The notes beneath the pieces are model-generated. The model was given only the letters and a program-made list of their open reading frames with translations. It was not told the origin of the DNA and searched no databases. The position numbers and the translations under genes were made by a program. Of a stretch of 64,000 nucleotides of DNA, positions 40,790 through 53,676 are shown one piece after another. The number at the start of each line of letters is the position of its first letter. The stretch's first letter is position 1. Source of the DNA: Lama guanicoe (taxonomy: Eukaryota); assembly GCA_013239625.1 (NCBI GenBank), contig MU054187.1, forward strand, positions 14,914,974 to 14,978,973, read 5' to 3'.

Positions 40790-41884
40790 AGGTCTCCTAG
40801 TTCTCAGGCACTTGGGGGGTTGAAATATGGAGGAAACCAGAGATAAGTTCCCCCAAGTTGATATTGATGAGAATCATGAGCAGGTTGGCTGCTTGTGGGT
40901 TTCTGTGGTGTGGTGAGAGTTAAGGCTTTGGCTGGATGTCACCAAGACAGGGACTGGGTGGAAGATGTGCATGAATTTCAAAGGATAAGTTAGAGCAAAG
41001 ATTGAGTCAGCATTACTGGGATGGGGGTAGATGGCCACCCAGTGCCTGTGCCTGACAGCGCTGGAGGGACTGGCCAGGCAGGAACCCTTCAGCACATGCA
41101 GCAAAGCCAGAGGTCAAGCTTCAAAGATTCAGCTGGACAAGACACTGCAGGGAGGCCAATGAGGACCAGGGGGTTGTTTTCAAACTGGGTGCCCCTCTCT
41201 TGAGGTCAGGTGAACTGAAGCCACCAGAAAATCAGATCCATTCCCCACCCTCCCTGCCACCCCCAGAGGGAGGGAGAAGAGTGACTATTTCCCTGAAGAG
41301 ATTTGTATTCGATTAGTGTAGCTGAGTTATCCTGAGAGGGACAAAATTAAGAGTTTTTCCACCATCAGTGGAAATGGGTCTCTAGAGCTGTTAATTGTGG
41401 TCCTAGAGAAATAAAACAGTTCCATTTTTATACATCTGAGGTGGAATGGGCAGAAACACATGAATAAAAAGAGAGAAGAAAGACGAAAACAAAATCAGGG
41501 CAAAAAGCCATATACGTGATATGTATTTTTTTATATATCACCGTCTTAACACGAAGCACCAAAACTTGTTGTAAGTGCTTTTACTGAAATACTTCTTTGG
41601 TTTACGGACATTTCAGGTGAAAATTAGCCAAGCTGCCAGTGGATAGTGCACTTTAAATACTACCCTGGATATTGGAAAGGTATTTCCCAGGCAGGCAGCC
41701 AGAAAGCTCCAAATCTGGAACACAATTGCATATTGTCATTTTGAGAATGAACAGACAGCTTGAAGATGAACTACAGCTGATCCAAAGGAAACAGGCTAAT
41801 TCCCCTGCTCTAAAATGACAACAAGGCTCCTGTTCTCAGCCTCTTAGTTTGTTTGTCTTTACGCATATTTTTTTTTCCACTGAA

Positions 41885-42010
41885 TTCTCACAACAGGTCT
41901 ATGAAGAAGTTACTATTATCATCCTAATTTCACAGAGGAAATGGAGGCTGAATGAGGTTCACTAGCTCTCAGTATTCAAACCCAGGCAGCTGGCTCAGGG
42001 CCCATGCACG
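41885..42010 (-). mobile_element. MIR SINE fragment
   Basis: TTCTCACAACAGGTCTATGAAG...ATTATCATCCTAATTTCACAGAGGAAATGGAGGCT...ATTCAAACCCAGGCAG. Confidence 0.7.
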
Positions 42011-45004
42011 CCACCTCTGTAACCCACCACCTCCCCTAAAATGTCCTGCTGTCTTGTATGTTACAAAGACGATCTGCAGCAGGTTCCAGGGCATCTGAAG
42101 AGTCATTTTAGCAAAGCTAGAGACACAACTATTGCCAAGTGCAGACGATCAGCCAGGTGAGCCTGAACGTGGAGGGGTGATAAGCCAAGGTGGAGGATTT
42201 GACCAATTGGTAATGAACAGGGGTCAGTGGTAAAGTCAGAACCACTCTCATTCGGTGCGTCGGGACCTGCATGTGGTAATTAGTTATTTATATGTATCTA
42301 AGTTCTTCATTTAGAAAGTCTGTATATAGTTACTTTCTAGGAGCCGGGTCACCTGTGCCCTGCACCATTGTATCCTTAATAGGAGTTTCTGCGCTTGTCA
42401 GTCCCTTTCGCGTCACTGAAGAGGAGTGTCTCAGTAAGGAGAGTCTGAGGCAAGTGAAAAGCTTCAAGTGTCCTGGTAACATTTGGACACGCCCAACACT
42501 CAACAGTGGAAAACTCAATATTTGCCAAATTTCCAAGCCGTGTTTATCGGCCAGATTGTCCCGCCACCCTTTCCCCATGTTTTCTTTCCTTAGCAAAGTC
42601 ACCACCAATAGCAGTGGATGAGAATAGTGGAATGCCACCCAGTACCCAGAAAATGTAGGGCTGCAGAATTTATAGCTTCTCATGCCATACAGCAGATAGA
42701 TTTGGGAATACTTCAGAACTTCTCATTTTAACTTTCCTCCTGATGGCATCTATTTGTATCACCGGTTTCAGTCTTGCAGACTTGGAGGGAGTGGTGAAAG
42801 ATGAACGGGCAGTGCTCAGCCACAAGGGGAGAAGAAACGTCATCCAGCCCCCAGAATAGCAACAGCAATAAATATGGCCATGTCGCTCTTCTGCTGAGAC
42901 CGAAACGACAGAGAGGATCACATTTGCAGCACCCAACAGGCCTCCTGGCTACACGGGGCTGGCTCGGGGGTTTGGAGGAAGCATGCACCAGAGCTGATAT
43001 GGATGGAGAGGCTGGATTTTGGAGCTGTGACTCAGCACACAGAGAGAAGGGGGCAGAGACCCCACCGCAGAGCTAGCGGGGACTCGGCACCCTTCTGGCC
43101 ACGGGGAGTCCGCTCTAAATCCGCTTTCCGGACAGCTGGCTCGGGGCTCGTGAGAGCTGTGCCCAGAACTTCCCTGCATGTCTGCCTGAGAACTTGCTGC
43201 TATCTGCAGCTGCCACGGCCATCAAGGCACATGCGTAATGAGGAAGGTGAAAAAAAGGGCTCTCGTTGGTCACCAGTTATTTAAAGCGGACCCATCGGAT
43301 TTCAGCTACCTCATTGCACAGAATCAGCACCTTTACTCTGGGAGGTCTTGGAGGAAGCAGCTTCTTCGGAATTCCTGACGTCTCCCTTTGCAGACCGTGA
43401 CTCCTGGTGCTTCATCTAACTGTGCCCCCTTTCACACATATTTCAATTTCCTATAATGTATGGCTGTGTGTGTCTCTGGGCGGGGTTGTGGTTTCTCCAA
43501 TCTTTACATTCTTTTGCCATTCAACTGGCAAAGCTGGGCTTTTGCATTTTCGTAACTTGCATACAGCAGTAGTTTTTTTAGGCTGAAAACATGTTCGGTT
43601 AATAGATGTGCCTGATTTTTCCCGTGTGTTTTGAAAACCAAAGCATCACCTGAATTTGACCAATTTTTCTTTTTCTGTTAAACCTCCCTGCTCTAAAAGG
43701 ATAATTTCTTACAAAGCCCAGCTCCTTCTCTCTGGATCTTTGTGGTTCACTTGGTCTCTCTGATCAGTCCCCAGTGTCACAGAGGGAGTCACTGGAAACA
43801 GGTTCACTGTGGCCACATGTCACCTGTCTCCCTCACGTGGCTTTAACAGGCACAGATTCAATTCCATGCTTTCGTCTGTTTTCGGTTACATACTTAAGAT
43901 TTAAATGAATCTTTCCTCCATGCATTATGATATTGCTTTCATTTGGACAGTACAGCATGTAAGAAATGAAAGGGAATGTTGCTTTAGGCTTTGAGACCTC
44001 AGTGTAAAATTCAGCACTGTGTTTCCATGTCATTATTATCTTATGCTTCTTCAGAATAGTACTAAGACCAGCAAGATAAATGAAGTAGTTTTTATAGCCC
44101 TAGCTCTTTTGTTTGTTCTCTCAATGTCCCTGCTGACGTTGGGTGGTTAAGAAAAAAGACTATGCCAGTGTGTTGAAGTTGGTGCCAAAGGAACATAGAT
44201 GACTATTTGGTGCTTGGGATCCGCTGCTGCCCAGAACCTTATCTTGTCCTATTTATACATTCACAAAGCAAACTTTTACTTAGAGCAATCCTTGCAACAT
44301 TAACATTTTCTTTGGTTAAAGCTTATGCCTCTGAGTTTTAATGCCATTTTTCTCATGTGGCCAGGGACAATGCAGGCATAAATTAACTTCTCTGCTTATT
44401 ATTTAGTGACTAAAAGAATGCAAAAGCAAGGACATTGGAAAAATAAATTCCAATATATTACTAAATATTTTAATTTGAATTACCAGGATAAATGCCAAAT
44501 GATCTTAAACCCCTGGAAAGATTCCTTTAAAACTAAAACGAAAGTGATAAAAGATGGTGTCCTGGAAGACTACTTGAGTCATCTACTGGGAAACAGGAAG
44601 AAAAAGGTATCTTCTGCTGAGAGGATGGCAATTCTGTGGTTACGATAAAGGCTGAACGGTAGGTACACATGTACATTGTAAATTAGTAAGAATATATTAA
44701 CCTTAGGAAACGTTAACTAATAAAAAGCTTCAATTTCAGACATAAGCAATAAATATCCTGTATGCTTTTTTCATATATAAATATCCTAGGGGTTTCATAG
44801 TTGCAAACGTTTATAAGTAGATCTTTTTATTATTGTATCGTTAATGAAAGAAATGTTAGTGACACTATTCAAGTACAAGTAGGGCTGGGAAGTGACTCCT
44901 TTTCTTTCTTCTTTGATTCCTCTTACTCTCATATTATAAGTGATATTTGCACATTAACGTAATCACCAAAGTGTTCTTTTAATGAACTACTCCAGTGAGT
45001 ACAG

Positions 45005-45235
45005 TGTGAAGTCCAGAAATGAACCTGTGGGGTTAAGTCCTAGTTTCGATAGTTACTAATAGTGTGAGTTTGGGAAATTTCCTGACCTTTCTGTGCTTCA
45101 GTATCCTCACCTATAAAACAGAGATGATATTTCTTCCTGACTTAAGGGATTTTGCAAGTGTTAAATACAATTCACTTACAAAGTCTTCAAAATAGTTCCT
45201 GGTACACAGTAAACCCTTCAAAAAATATTAGCAAC
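45005..45235 (+). mobile_element. MIR SINE
   Basis: GTGTGAGTTTGGGAAATTTCCTGACCTTTCTGTGCTTCAGTATCCTCACCTATAAAACAGAGATGATA...CCTGGTACACAGTAAAC. Confidence 0.8.
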
Positions 45236-45924
45236 CACGTAGTGCAAATGAATCTTTGTTTTAATTGAATACTGGTCCATATTCATGTATTTATTCTAAA
45301 ATCTGTACCATTCATCAAAATAGAGACAGGTGAGAGAGGATAGACAGATATGTCAAATCCTTTGCACCAGAAATACGGCTCAAAGTGAATTCTCTAGTAA
45401 AAAATAAAGAATTCAGTGTACTGTTAACATTAGTAGTGATCCTTTGAGAAACTAGGAAATTAACCAAATATAATAATTTAATAATTTGATATATAAGTAT
45501 ACAGTAACCTCACAGCAAGAGCCTCCTGAATTAATAAATTGCATTTAGTATTAAACATGACTCTTTGCTCTGGGATGCAAGAAAGACCAGAAGAAACATT
45601 TTAGAATTTCAAAAGCAAATCTGGGCTATTATTCTAAGGTTGTTGAGGCTTTTGCCTAGAAGCCCGCTGTGGGTAATCTACATTTTTTGAGGGGGAAGTG
45701 AAGGAGTTTTGGTGTCCTGAGCCTGTAAACTCTGACTGGTGGCTTGGCACCAGGGGGTTTTTACCAGGCTGTTTTGTGGAAGTGGTTCCAAGTTATGTAG
45801 CCTTTTCTTCCAGATACCATGCGTTAGCCTTTGACTTTCATGCACTGTTCTGCTCTACAAATTTTACAGATGGGCAGACTGGGGACTGGGAATTGAGATG
45901 GCTCATTAGTTATACACTAAATTG

Positions 45925-46090
45925 GTAGTTCTCAGACTTAATGTGCTTCAGAAAAACCTGGAGGGTTTTTAAAAACATCATTGCTGGGTTCCACCTTAGA
46001 GTTCCTGATTAAGTAAAATGTGCATTTTAAACAAGTTCCCAGGTGATGATGGTCTGTTAGTCAGGGGATTACACTTCGAGAACCATGGTG
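45925..46090. mobile_element. MER5A-like hAT-Charlie MITE
   Basis: TIR-like ends GTAGTTCTCAGACTT and CACTTCGAGAACCA; internal TGCATTTTAAACAAGTTCCCAGGTGATG. Confidence 0.8.
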
Positions 46091-48150
46091 ATAAATATAG
46101 GAGTCAAGTTGATCAGAGCGCTGGTAAAGCAGTTGGAACCATGGCAATTACTTCACCAAATCAATGTATTTGAGGAGCCATCTTCCATCTCGTTCAATTA
46201 GATAATGAGTTTTGTAGATGTCTGAGAATATTAGAGAACAGGAATTTTTAACATTTGATATAAAAATTCTCAAAAATAATTTCTAAATAAGGACCTTCCC
46301 CAACCCTTTTCTCTTATGTGTATACCAGATACAAATCTTATGCAAGTCACATGGGTCAGATAACTGGCCTGGGTCAGGTAAAGCAGGCAAGATAGCTTCT
46401 GGGTGCCTAGTATTAATGTTGCTGTTATTAGCAGATTCTATTTTTTTTTACATATGCATGAAAGATTTTTTCCCCTAATTTTGGAAAATTTGATTTTTTA
46501 ACCAGATAGCTTAATTAGTTAAATACATTCTCTGGAGCACATTACCATTTCTGTTTTCTAATTTGTCAGAGGAAAAAAAAAAAATCGCAGGGGATTTCTT
46601 ATTCTTAAAAAAATAGGGACCTCTTGTGGTCATTTGTAAAAGTACTTAAAGAAACAAAAGCCAAGTATTTCAATTTGTCAAAAGCTTTTAAGATCTCTGG
46701 GTTAGCTGACATACATTAAAAAATATTATATATATATGTACATATATATATGAATTACCCATTACTCATCAAAATAGGTAATATCAGTAATAGAACTTTA
46801 GACAATGATAATTTTTATAAATATATACATCATTCAGCTATAAAAGTTCTATATGATAAATTAAAAGTTGACTGAAGCATAAGACATAAAGAAAAGTGCA
46901 CAAATTATAATTGTTTAGCTCAAGGTATTTTCCCAAACTGGATATACCTGTGTATCCAGCATATCTGGTAGGTTTTTATCATAACTGTAGGTAAACTGAT
47001 TCAGGCTGAATCTGTTATTTCAGTATCAATCAAATCCATTTTAACTTCATTCACTCACAAATATTCAAATGAATAAATAATTTCAAAAAAATTAAGATAA
47101 AAATAATTAATTTACTAAGCCATGATACACAGTCCAGATGTGTAAGTATCTAATTTGTCAAATGAAAATTGCCTTTACACATTGAATTTCTAGAGCAGTA
47201 GATGAAATAGGCTATAATTTGTTATTATTGTTGTTTTTCTGTCACTTTTTGTTGTTGCTGCTGTTGGTGGTGGTTATCTACCCTTTTTTCTCCATTATTA
47301 ATAAGCAGTTTTGGAGCATCTTTTACGTACCAAGCACTATTTTGGATTCTCGGGGATACTAAAATGAATAGTATTAGGTCTTCGACCTTAAGAGGCTCAG
47401 AGTCTAATTCATAAGAAAGACATATAAACAGTAGTTTGTTACGGTAGTTTGTGTTCTGATAGAAGTATACCTATCCATGTGGACTGCTTTTCAAGAGGGT
47501 GGCTATATTTTTCCTAAAGTGTACCCCAGTCTGTATAAAGCTTGAAAGTCCACAACTTTCTGTTTTTGGTTTAATACTAGTGTAATGTTGTAGAAAATAG
47601 TACTTGACCAGGAGTTAGAAAAGTCGTGTTGGAGTTACAGCTCTTTCACTGACCAGCTCTGGGACTTTGGACCAATTGCTCAGGTATTATGGATGGTAGC
47701 TACCTTACAGGCTATCATGAGGATGAGATGAGAGTGTATAAAAAGCGGTCTGTGATTTTCATACACCAAAATTCTACACTATTCCTTTTGTTTATAAGGT
47801 ATTATTAACAGTAAACAGTAATGCAATGATCAGTTCTTTCAGTGTTTACTGGTTCATGGTTTTGTTGCTGGGGAGATGTGCTAGAGAAAGTGCTCGGTGT
47901 TTGACGGTGGGCAGACAGATGTGTGCACATTTATTTTCTTCCTAAAAAGGATGTAGAGACTGAAAAGGAAATAAGGATAGTGGGGTCTGAGAAATGGAGA
48001 AGGAAGCAGAACTAAAGCTGGGTGGGACAAGAAAAGGTGCCCAAAGCAGATGAACATACAAACATACTCATTCACAAATTGACCCACAGTTCTCCTGATC
48101 ATCATTGTCATCAAAACCATCTATTAAATACTAAATAAAATACATGCATT

Positions 48151-48590
48151 CAGTGGTGTGCTGGTAAATATTTAACAACCAACTCTCCAGGAAAAAAAAC
48201 CCAAACACATGGGAGATAGCAGTTCCAGATTTCTGTAGTGTAAATACTCCTACCATGGCCAGTTTTAAGCTACTAATGTGATATGGCTGAACAGGGAGTT
48301 AAAAGAGATGCACACAGCCCACCCCTATTATGATTTCCATCACCCAAACATAACAGACATAAAAAAATACACTCTAGAGTATATTATAGATAATGATAAA
48401 CACAGCAAAATAATTTGAAAGGCTGTTTTGATTATTTGCTAGCTTTATTTTAAAAATAATTCACTTAAATACAATTTAATCTTATTTAATTTTTAATACT
48501 GGCTGTGTTGAACATCCAGCTTGCCAAATTCCTGAAAATTTAACAATCAGCTCTGTCGAGGCAGTATGAAGGGGTGAAAGCACAGCACTG
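48151..48590. mobile_element. MER63-like hAT-Blackjack DNA transposon
   Basis: TIRs CAGTGGTGTGCT and AGCACAGCACTG (11/12 match); the left end continues GGTAAATATTTAACAACC as in MER63. Confidence 0.8.
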
Positions 48591-49264
48591 GGAAGACTGG
48601 TAATTGCATTAGTATGGTACCAGTTGGAATAAAGAGCATCACCTCTTCTGGAAAACCTGTCCACATTAGGTGCCTTTCTCTATATTCCCATCATAATCTC
48701 TCAGATATCAGAGCAATTATGGCACTGTGCTGAAGTTTCATGTTTCTCTCTCCACACTTGAGTCCTAGTGACTGTGACTTTTAACCTCACATCTTCTAAA
48801 TCTGGCACTGTTCCCAGGACAGGTAGAGCTCAACAAATGCATATTGAAGTACATTAACCTGGATCTGGCTCCTGTTTGCCCGGAGCCCACAATCTAATGT
48901 AACGATGTACAAAAACTCATAGCTGCAGAACACACACACACAGTTTAGCAGAAGCTCTGAATAATCACATGAATAGATAATAAGGTTTTTATATTACCTC
49001 AGGGTGGCTTTTATGAGAATGGAAAATAACAGAGATTATGGATCAATGGAAGTAGATGGAACAGTTCTTTTTCTACCGCTATCGTGATTTCAAAACCAAA
49101 CCAAATCAAGCCATCATGCTTCCTTACCTCATCTGTTTAATGACATTCTTGTAATATTCAAGTCTTTAAGAAGTAAAAGTAGCACATATTTAGTATAGAA
49201 AAATTACAGTATATTGATGCATAAAGAAATAAAAGCCACTTATATTTCACACGGTTGATGTAGT

Positions 49265-49720
49265 AGTGAGGATAGGTTAAGACAATAGCACCCAGAAAAA
49301 GGACCAAATAACAGTGTCTTAAACAAGATGCTTTATCTCTCCCGTTTGGAGGTTTGCAGACTGAGGTTCACATGGTCATTCTGCTTCCCAATGTCCTAAG
49401 ATTCTCAAGGTCAGCTCAGGGCTCGCCATCCCTAGGGTATGGCCCCATTCTTCATGGTTCAAGCCAGTATTCACTCTCCTGGTAGCAGGAGGGAGGGATG
49501 GGATGAAGAAGAGGCACAGGACCAACCATCTCCTTTAGGAGGATTCCCAGAACTGGCCCTTTGGCATGTCTATTATATCCCATTTGTTAGAAACTAGTCA
49601 CATGCCTCGTTTATCTGCAGTGGAGCCTGGGAAATGCAGTTTTTCTTCTCAGCAGTCATATGCTTAGCTAGAATTTCTACCATCATCAAAGAAGGGGGAA
49701 ATAGATTTTCAGGACCAGAA
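49265..49720 (-). mobile_element. MLT1-type ERVL-MaLR solo LTR
   Basis: CCAAATAACAGTGTCTTAAACAAGAT...AGAAACTAGTCACATG...CTGCAGTGGAGCCTGGGAAATGCAGTTT, typical of old MLT1 LTRs in reverse orientation. Confidence 0.7.
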
Positions 49721-50254
49721 TTTGCTCCAGTTATTTCCTTGGTTAAATTGCAAATAGAGGAACTGTTGGAAGTTACGCCCGCTTTCAAGGTTATTGATGT
49801 GGACTGATAAATTTCCTTTCAGAAGCTCTATATACACTTACACTTCCAAGGACATATTCAATACTTAATATTTAACACCAATATGGTAATCAGTCAATCC
49901 TTTGATTAACATATGGCTTTGCTGCTGGGAATATGTGACAGAGAAAGTGCTCAGTGTTTGATAGACTGGGGCTTCAATGTCAGGACTCTTTCAGCTGCAA
50001 GTGACAAAGGACTTAACAAGAATGTTGAGTTTATTCAGATATTGAGGGGATTTGAGCACATTAAGGAAGGGGAACCGACAGTATACATTAGAATCTGAAG
50101 TTGGAGAATTAAAAATGAAATTCTTCTGAAGGGGAATGGGAGAGGAAGATTATAAAGCAGTAGTAAACATTTTAAGGCCCAAAGAGAGAAGAGCAAGAGT
50201 CATATGACATCCTCTTAACATCACAGAGGGGCTTTTCCACGCATGCTTTCATCA

Positions 50255-50430
50255 ACTGCTATTGCACAGGCACTGTGCTAAGTGCCTTGCGCATAACCTC
50301 TCATTGAATTCCTGTGCAGTCATATATTCTTATACACCCATATTTTGCACACAATGAAGTGAAGGTTCAAGAGAGGACAGGTTAAGGGTGGAGCTAGAAT
50401 CTAAACCCCACTCTGTCTGATGTCAAAATT
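50255..50430 (-). mobile_element. MIR SINE
   Basis: CAGGCACTGTGCTAAGTGCCTTGCGCATAACCTCTCATTGAATTC...GAATCTAAACCCCACTCTGTCTGA. Confidence 0.7.
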
Positions 50431-50689
50431 TTGCTTTTTCCTTTATTTCTCTGAAGAGTGAAATGATAAAAAACAAATTTGGTAAGGATCACTTTTGCTG
50501 TAGCATTTGAATTCACTGAATGGTATAAAAAGATATAAAAATCCTGAAGAATTATAAAAGAATTATAGAGAACAACGAATGAAGTGTTATAAAGGGCAGG
50601 AAGGACCTCATGAGATTTTGTCTCTTCCAGGGGTCACTTTTTGACCTGAGTTGGGTACCTGCCTCTCTTTTCTCTGAGTACCTGTGTTC

Positions 50690-50863
50690 ACCCTAAGATT
50701 GACAGTTCTCATCTCCACTGTGGTTGCCTACTTATTTTGTTGTCTCTGCCACCAGACATATCTCGGGTGCCAGGTATCAGGTCTTATACATCTTCATATT
50801 TGTGGGGCCCAGTACAATGCTTGGAACATGGTAGGTACTCAATAAATATTTGCTGAATGAATT
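50690..50863 (+). mobile_element. L2 3' end
   Basis: Ends CCCAGTACAATGCTTGGAACATGGTAGGTACTCAATAAATATTTGCTGAATGAAT. Confidence 0.75.
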
Positions 50864-51230
50864 ATACAAGCAGTCATTTCATGGTCATATTAATACATAT
50901 TTCCTGAAAGAGAAATTTTATTTATTTACTATTTATGCTAAGTTTGAGAGGTGTACAATAATAACTAGATTAGCATAAAATTATGATGTTGACTATGGTT
51001 ATAAAAAGAATGTTTGTAAAGCAACTGAACTTGTACATAATATTTAGTGTCTAGAACATTTTAGGTTGTTTTGAGTGTTTAATACTGTATTTAGTTACTT
51101 AATTCTCACAAAAAAACTTAGGGAGGAAATAGAATTATCTCTACTTCCAAAATTGGGAAAATTGAAAAACCAGGAAATGAACCTAGGTAGTTCTGCGCTA
51201 AAAATTCTGTGTTTAACAACTAAGCTATTT

Positions 51231-52920
51231 AATGGCTATACTGCCCAAGGCAATCTACAGATTTAATTCAATCCCTATCAAATTACTCAGGGCATTTTTC
51301 ACAGAACTAGAACAAACAATCCTAAAATTTATACGGATCGCAAAAGACCCAGAATTGCCAAAGAAATATTGAAGAAAAAGAATGAAGCTGGAGGCATAAC
51401 CTTCTCAGATTTCAGACAATACTACAGAGCCACGGTAATCAAAACAGCATGGTATTGGCATAAAAATGGACATATGGTTCAATGGAACAGAATAGAGAGC
51501 CCAGAAATATACTCACAGACCTATGGTCAATTAATCTTCAACAAAGGAAGTAAGAATATACAATGGAGAAAAGAGAATCTCTTCAGCAAATGGTGTTGGG
51601 AAAACTGGATAGCAGCATGTAAATCAATGAAGTTAGAACACTCCCTTACACCATACACAAAAATAAAGTCAAAGTGGCTTGAAGACTTAAATATAAGACA
51701 AGACATGATATATCTCCTAGAAGAAAACAGGCAAAACATTCTCTGACACAAATCTTAGCAATGTTCTCCTAGGGCAGTCTATCCAGGCAATAGAAATAAG
51801 AGCAAAAAATAAACAAATGAGGCCTAATTAAACTCATGATCATTTGCACAGCAAAAGAAACCATAAGCAAAATGAAATGACAGCCTATGGAATGGAAGAA
51901 AGTACTTGCAAATGATGCGACTGACAAAGGCTTAATTTCCAGAATATATGAACAACTTATACAACTTAATAACAAAAAAACAAACAACCCAATCCAAAAA
52001 TGGGCAGAAGACCTAAATAAGCAATTCTCTAATGAAGACATATGAGTGGCCAATAGGCACATGAAAAAATGCTCAATATTACTAATTATCAGAGAAGTGC
52101 AAATCAAAACTATAATGAGGTATCACCTCACACCAGTCAAAATGGCCATCATTCAAAAGTCCATGGACAATAAATGCTGGATGGGCTGTGGAGAAAAGGG
52201 AACCCTCCTGCACTGCTGGTGGGAATGTAGTTTGGTGCAGTCATTATGGAAAACAGTATGGAGATTCCTCAAAAGATTAAAAATAGACTTACATTATGAT
52301 CCAGCAATCCCATTTCTGGGTATATATTCAGAGGGAATGGTAATTCAAAAAGATACATGCACCCCAATGTTCATAGCAGCACTATATGCAATAGCCAAGA
52401 CATGTAAACAACCTAAATATCCATCAACAGATGACTGAATAAAGAAGCTGTGGTATATTTATACAATGGAATACTACTCAGCCATAAAAAAGAATAAAAT
52501 AATGCTGTTTGCAACAACATAGATGGACCTAGAGATCATCATTCCAAATGAAGTAAGCCAGAAAGAGAAAGAAAAATACCATATGATATCACTCATATGT
52601 GGAATCTAAAAAAAAAAGGACACTATGACCTCATCTGCAAAACAGAAACAGACTTGCAGACTTAGTAAACACTCCTATGGTTACTCGGGAAAAGGAGTTT
52701 GAGATTTATAAATGTTAGCCACTATATGTAAAAATAGATTTAAAAAGTTTCTGCTATATAGCACAGGGAACTATGTTCAGTATCTTGTAATAACCTTTAA
52801 TGAAAAAAATATGAAAATGAATATATGTATGTATATGCATGACTGGGACGTTGTGCTGTACACCAGAAATTGACACATTGTAATTGATAGTACTTCAATA
52901 AAAAAACAACAAAACAAATA
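51231..52920 (+). mobile_element. 5'-truncated L1, about 1.7 kb (ORF2 C-terminus, 3'UTR, A-tail)
   Basis: ORFs 51369-51746 and 52046-52438 are L1 ORF2 ([19 protein letters not shown] zinc knuckle) broken by stops and frameshifts. AATAAA at 52897, A-rich tail, and a degraded TSD (CAACTAAGCTATTT / AACCTAGGCTATTT). Confidence 0.95.
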
Positions 52921-52956
52921 AACCTAGGCTATTTTAACTCAGCATTGTTAATGAGA

Positions 52957-53012
52957 TTTATTATTATTAGTTATTAATAATAATAATTACTACTACTACT
53001 ACTACTAGTATT
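52957..53012. repeat. (TTA)/(TAA)/(CTA) compound trinucleotide tract
   Basis: Read directly, between the L1 tail and the GDAP1 promoter. Confidence 0.85.
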
Positions 53013-53502
53013 ACATGACTCCATAGTAGCATCTTCTAATGAAAACTCTTAAATCCTTAACCTGTTTGTCTATCAACCGGACTTTCCCTTTCGCCAAAGG
53101 CACAGGCTCTAAGTATCCTGGGAAAGTGATGCTTTTGTACCTAAGCAACCTCTATCTGCAAAACCGATGAGTAATTTGCAATCAGCATTATTCATTATTC
53201 ACTTTAATAATCAGGGACTCATATTTTAGATCGTTTTCCCTAACAAACGTCCACTTGCACCTTCCAGGGGACTTGCGTACCCCAGAGGCTTTCTGGAACG
53301 CAGACGCCCCCGCGTCTTTGCAGACTCGGCCCCGGAGCGTTCTTCCCCGCGAAACTACACTTCCCAGTGTTCTGTTCGTCCGCGCGAACTTTCCCAGCTC
53401 CGGGTGGCATCGCGGGAAAGCTAAGGATATTCTGCAGGGCAGTGTGGGTGGAGGAAGTAAAGGGCGGACAATCGAGGCCCCCCCGCGCTCACACACCCCG
53501 AA

Positions 53503-53619
53503 ATGGCTCGGAGGCAGGACGAGCAGAGAGGGGGCACGCCTTTGATGGCGGAAGGCAAGTCGGACGCAGAGGTTAAGCTCATTCTGTACCACTGGACGCA
53601 TTCCTTCAGCTCTCAAAAG
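53503..53619 (+). CDS. GDAP1: Ganglioside-induced differentiation-associated protein 1, coding exon 1
   Basis: ATG in strong Kozak context (gaaATGG); MARRQDEQRGGTPLMAEGKSDAEVKLILYHWTHSFSSQK; 117 nt; donor AAG|GTAAAG. Confidence 0.97.
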
Positions 53620-53656
53620 GTAAAGGCCTCGGCCCGGCAGGCGGCGCAGATCAGGT

Positions 53657-53676
53657 TTCAGCACCGGGACAGCTCC
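53657..53676 (+). promoter_or_regulatory. REST/NRSF RE1-like element with 1-nt spacer (compressed form)
   Basis: TTCAGCACC-G-GGACAGCTCC versus canonical TTCAGCACC-NN-GGACAGCGCC. Confidence 0.6.

Noticed and set aside
46728..46751. 24-bp perfect palindrome ATATATATATGTACATATATATAT
   Set aside because: Trivial result of a (TA)n microsatellite.
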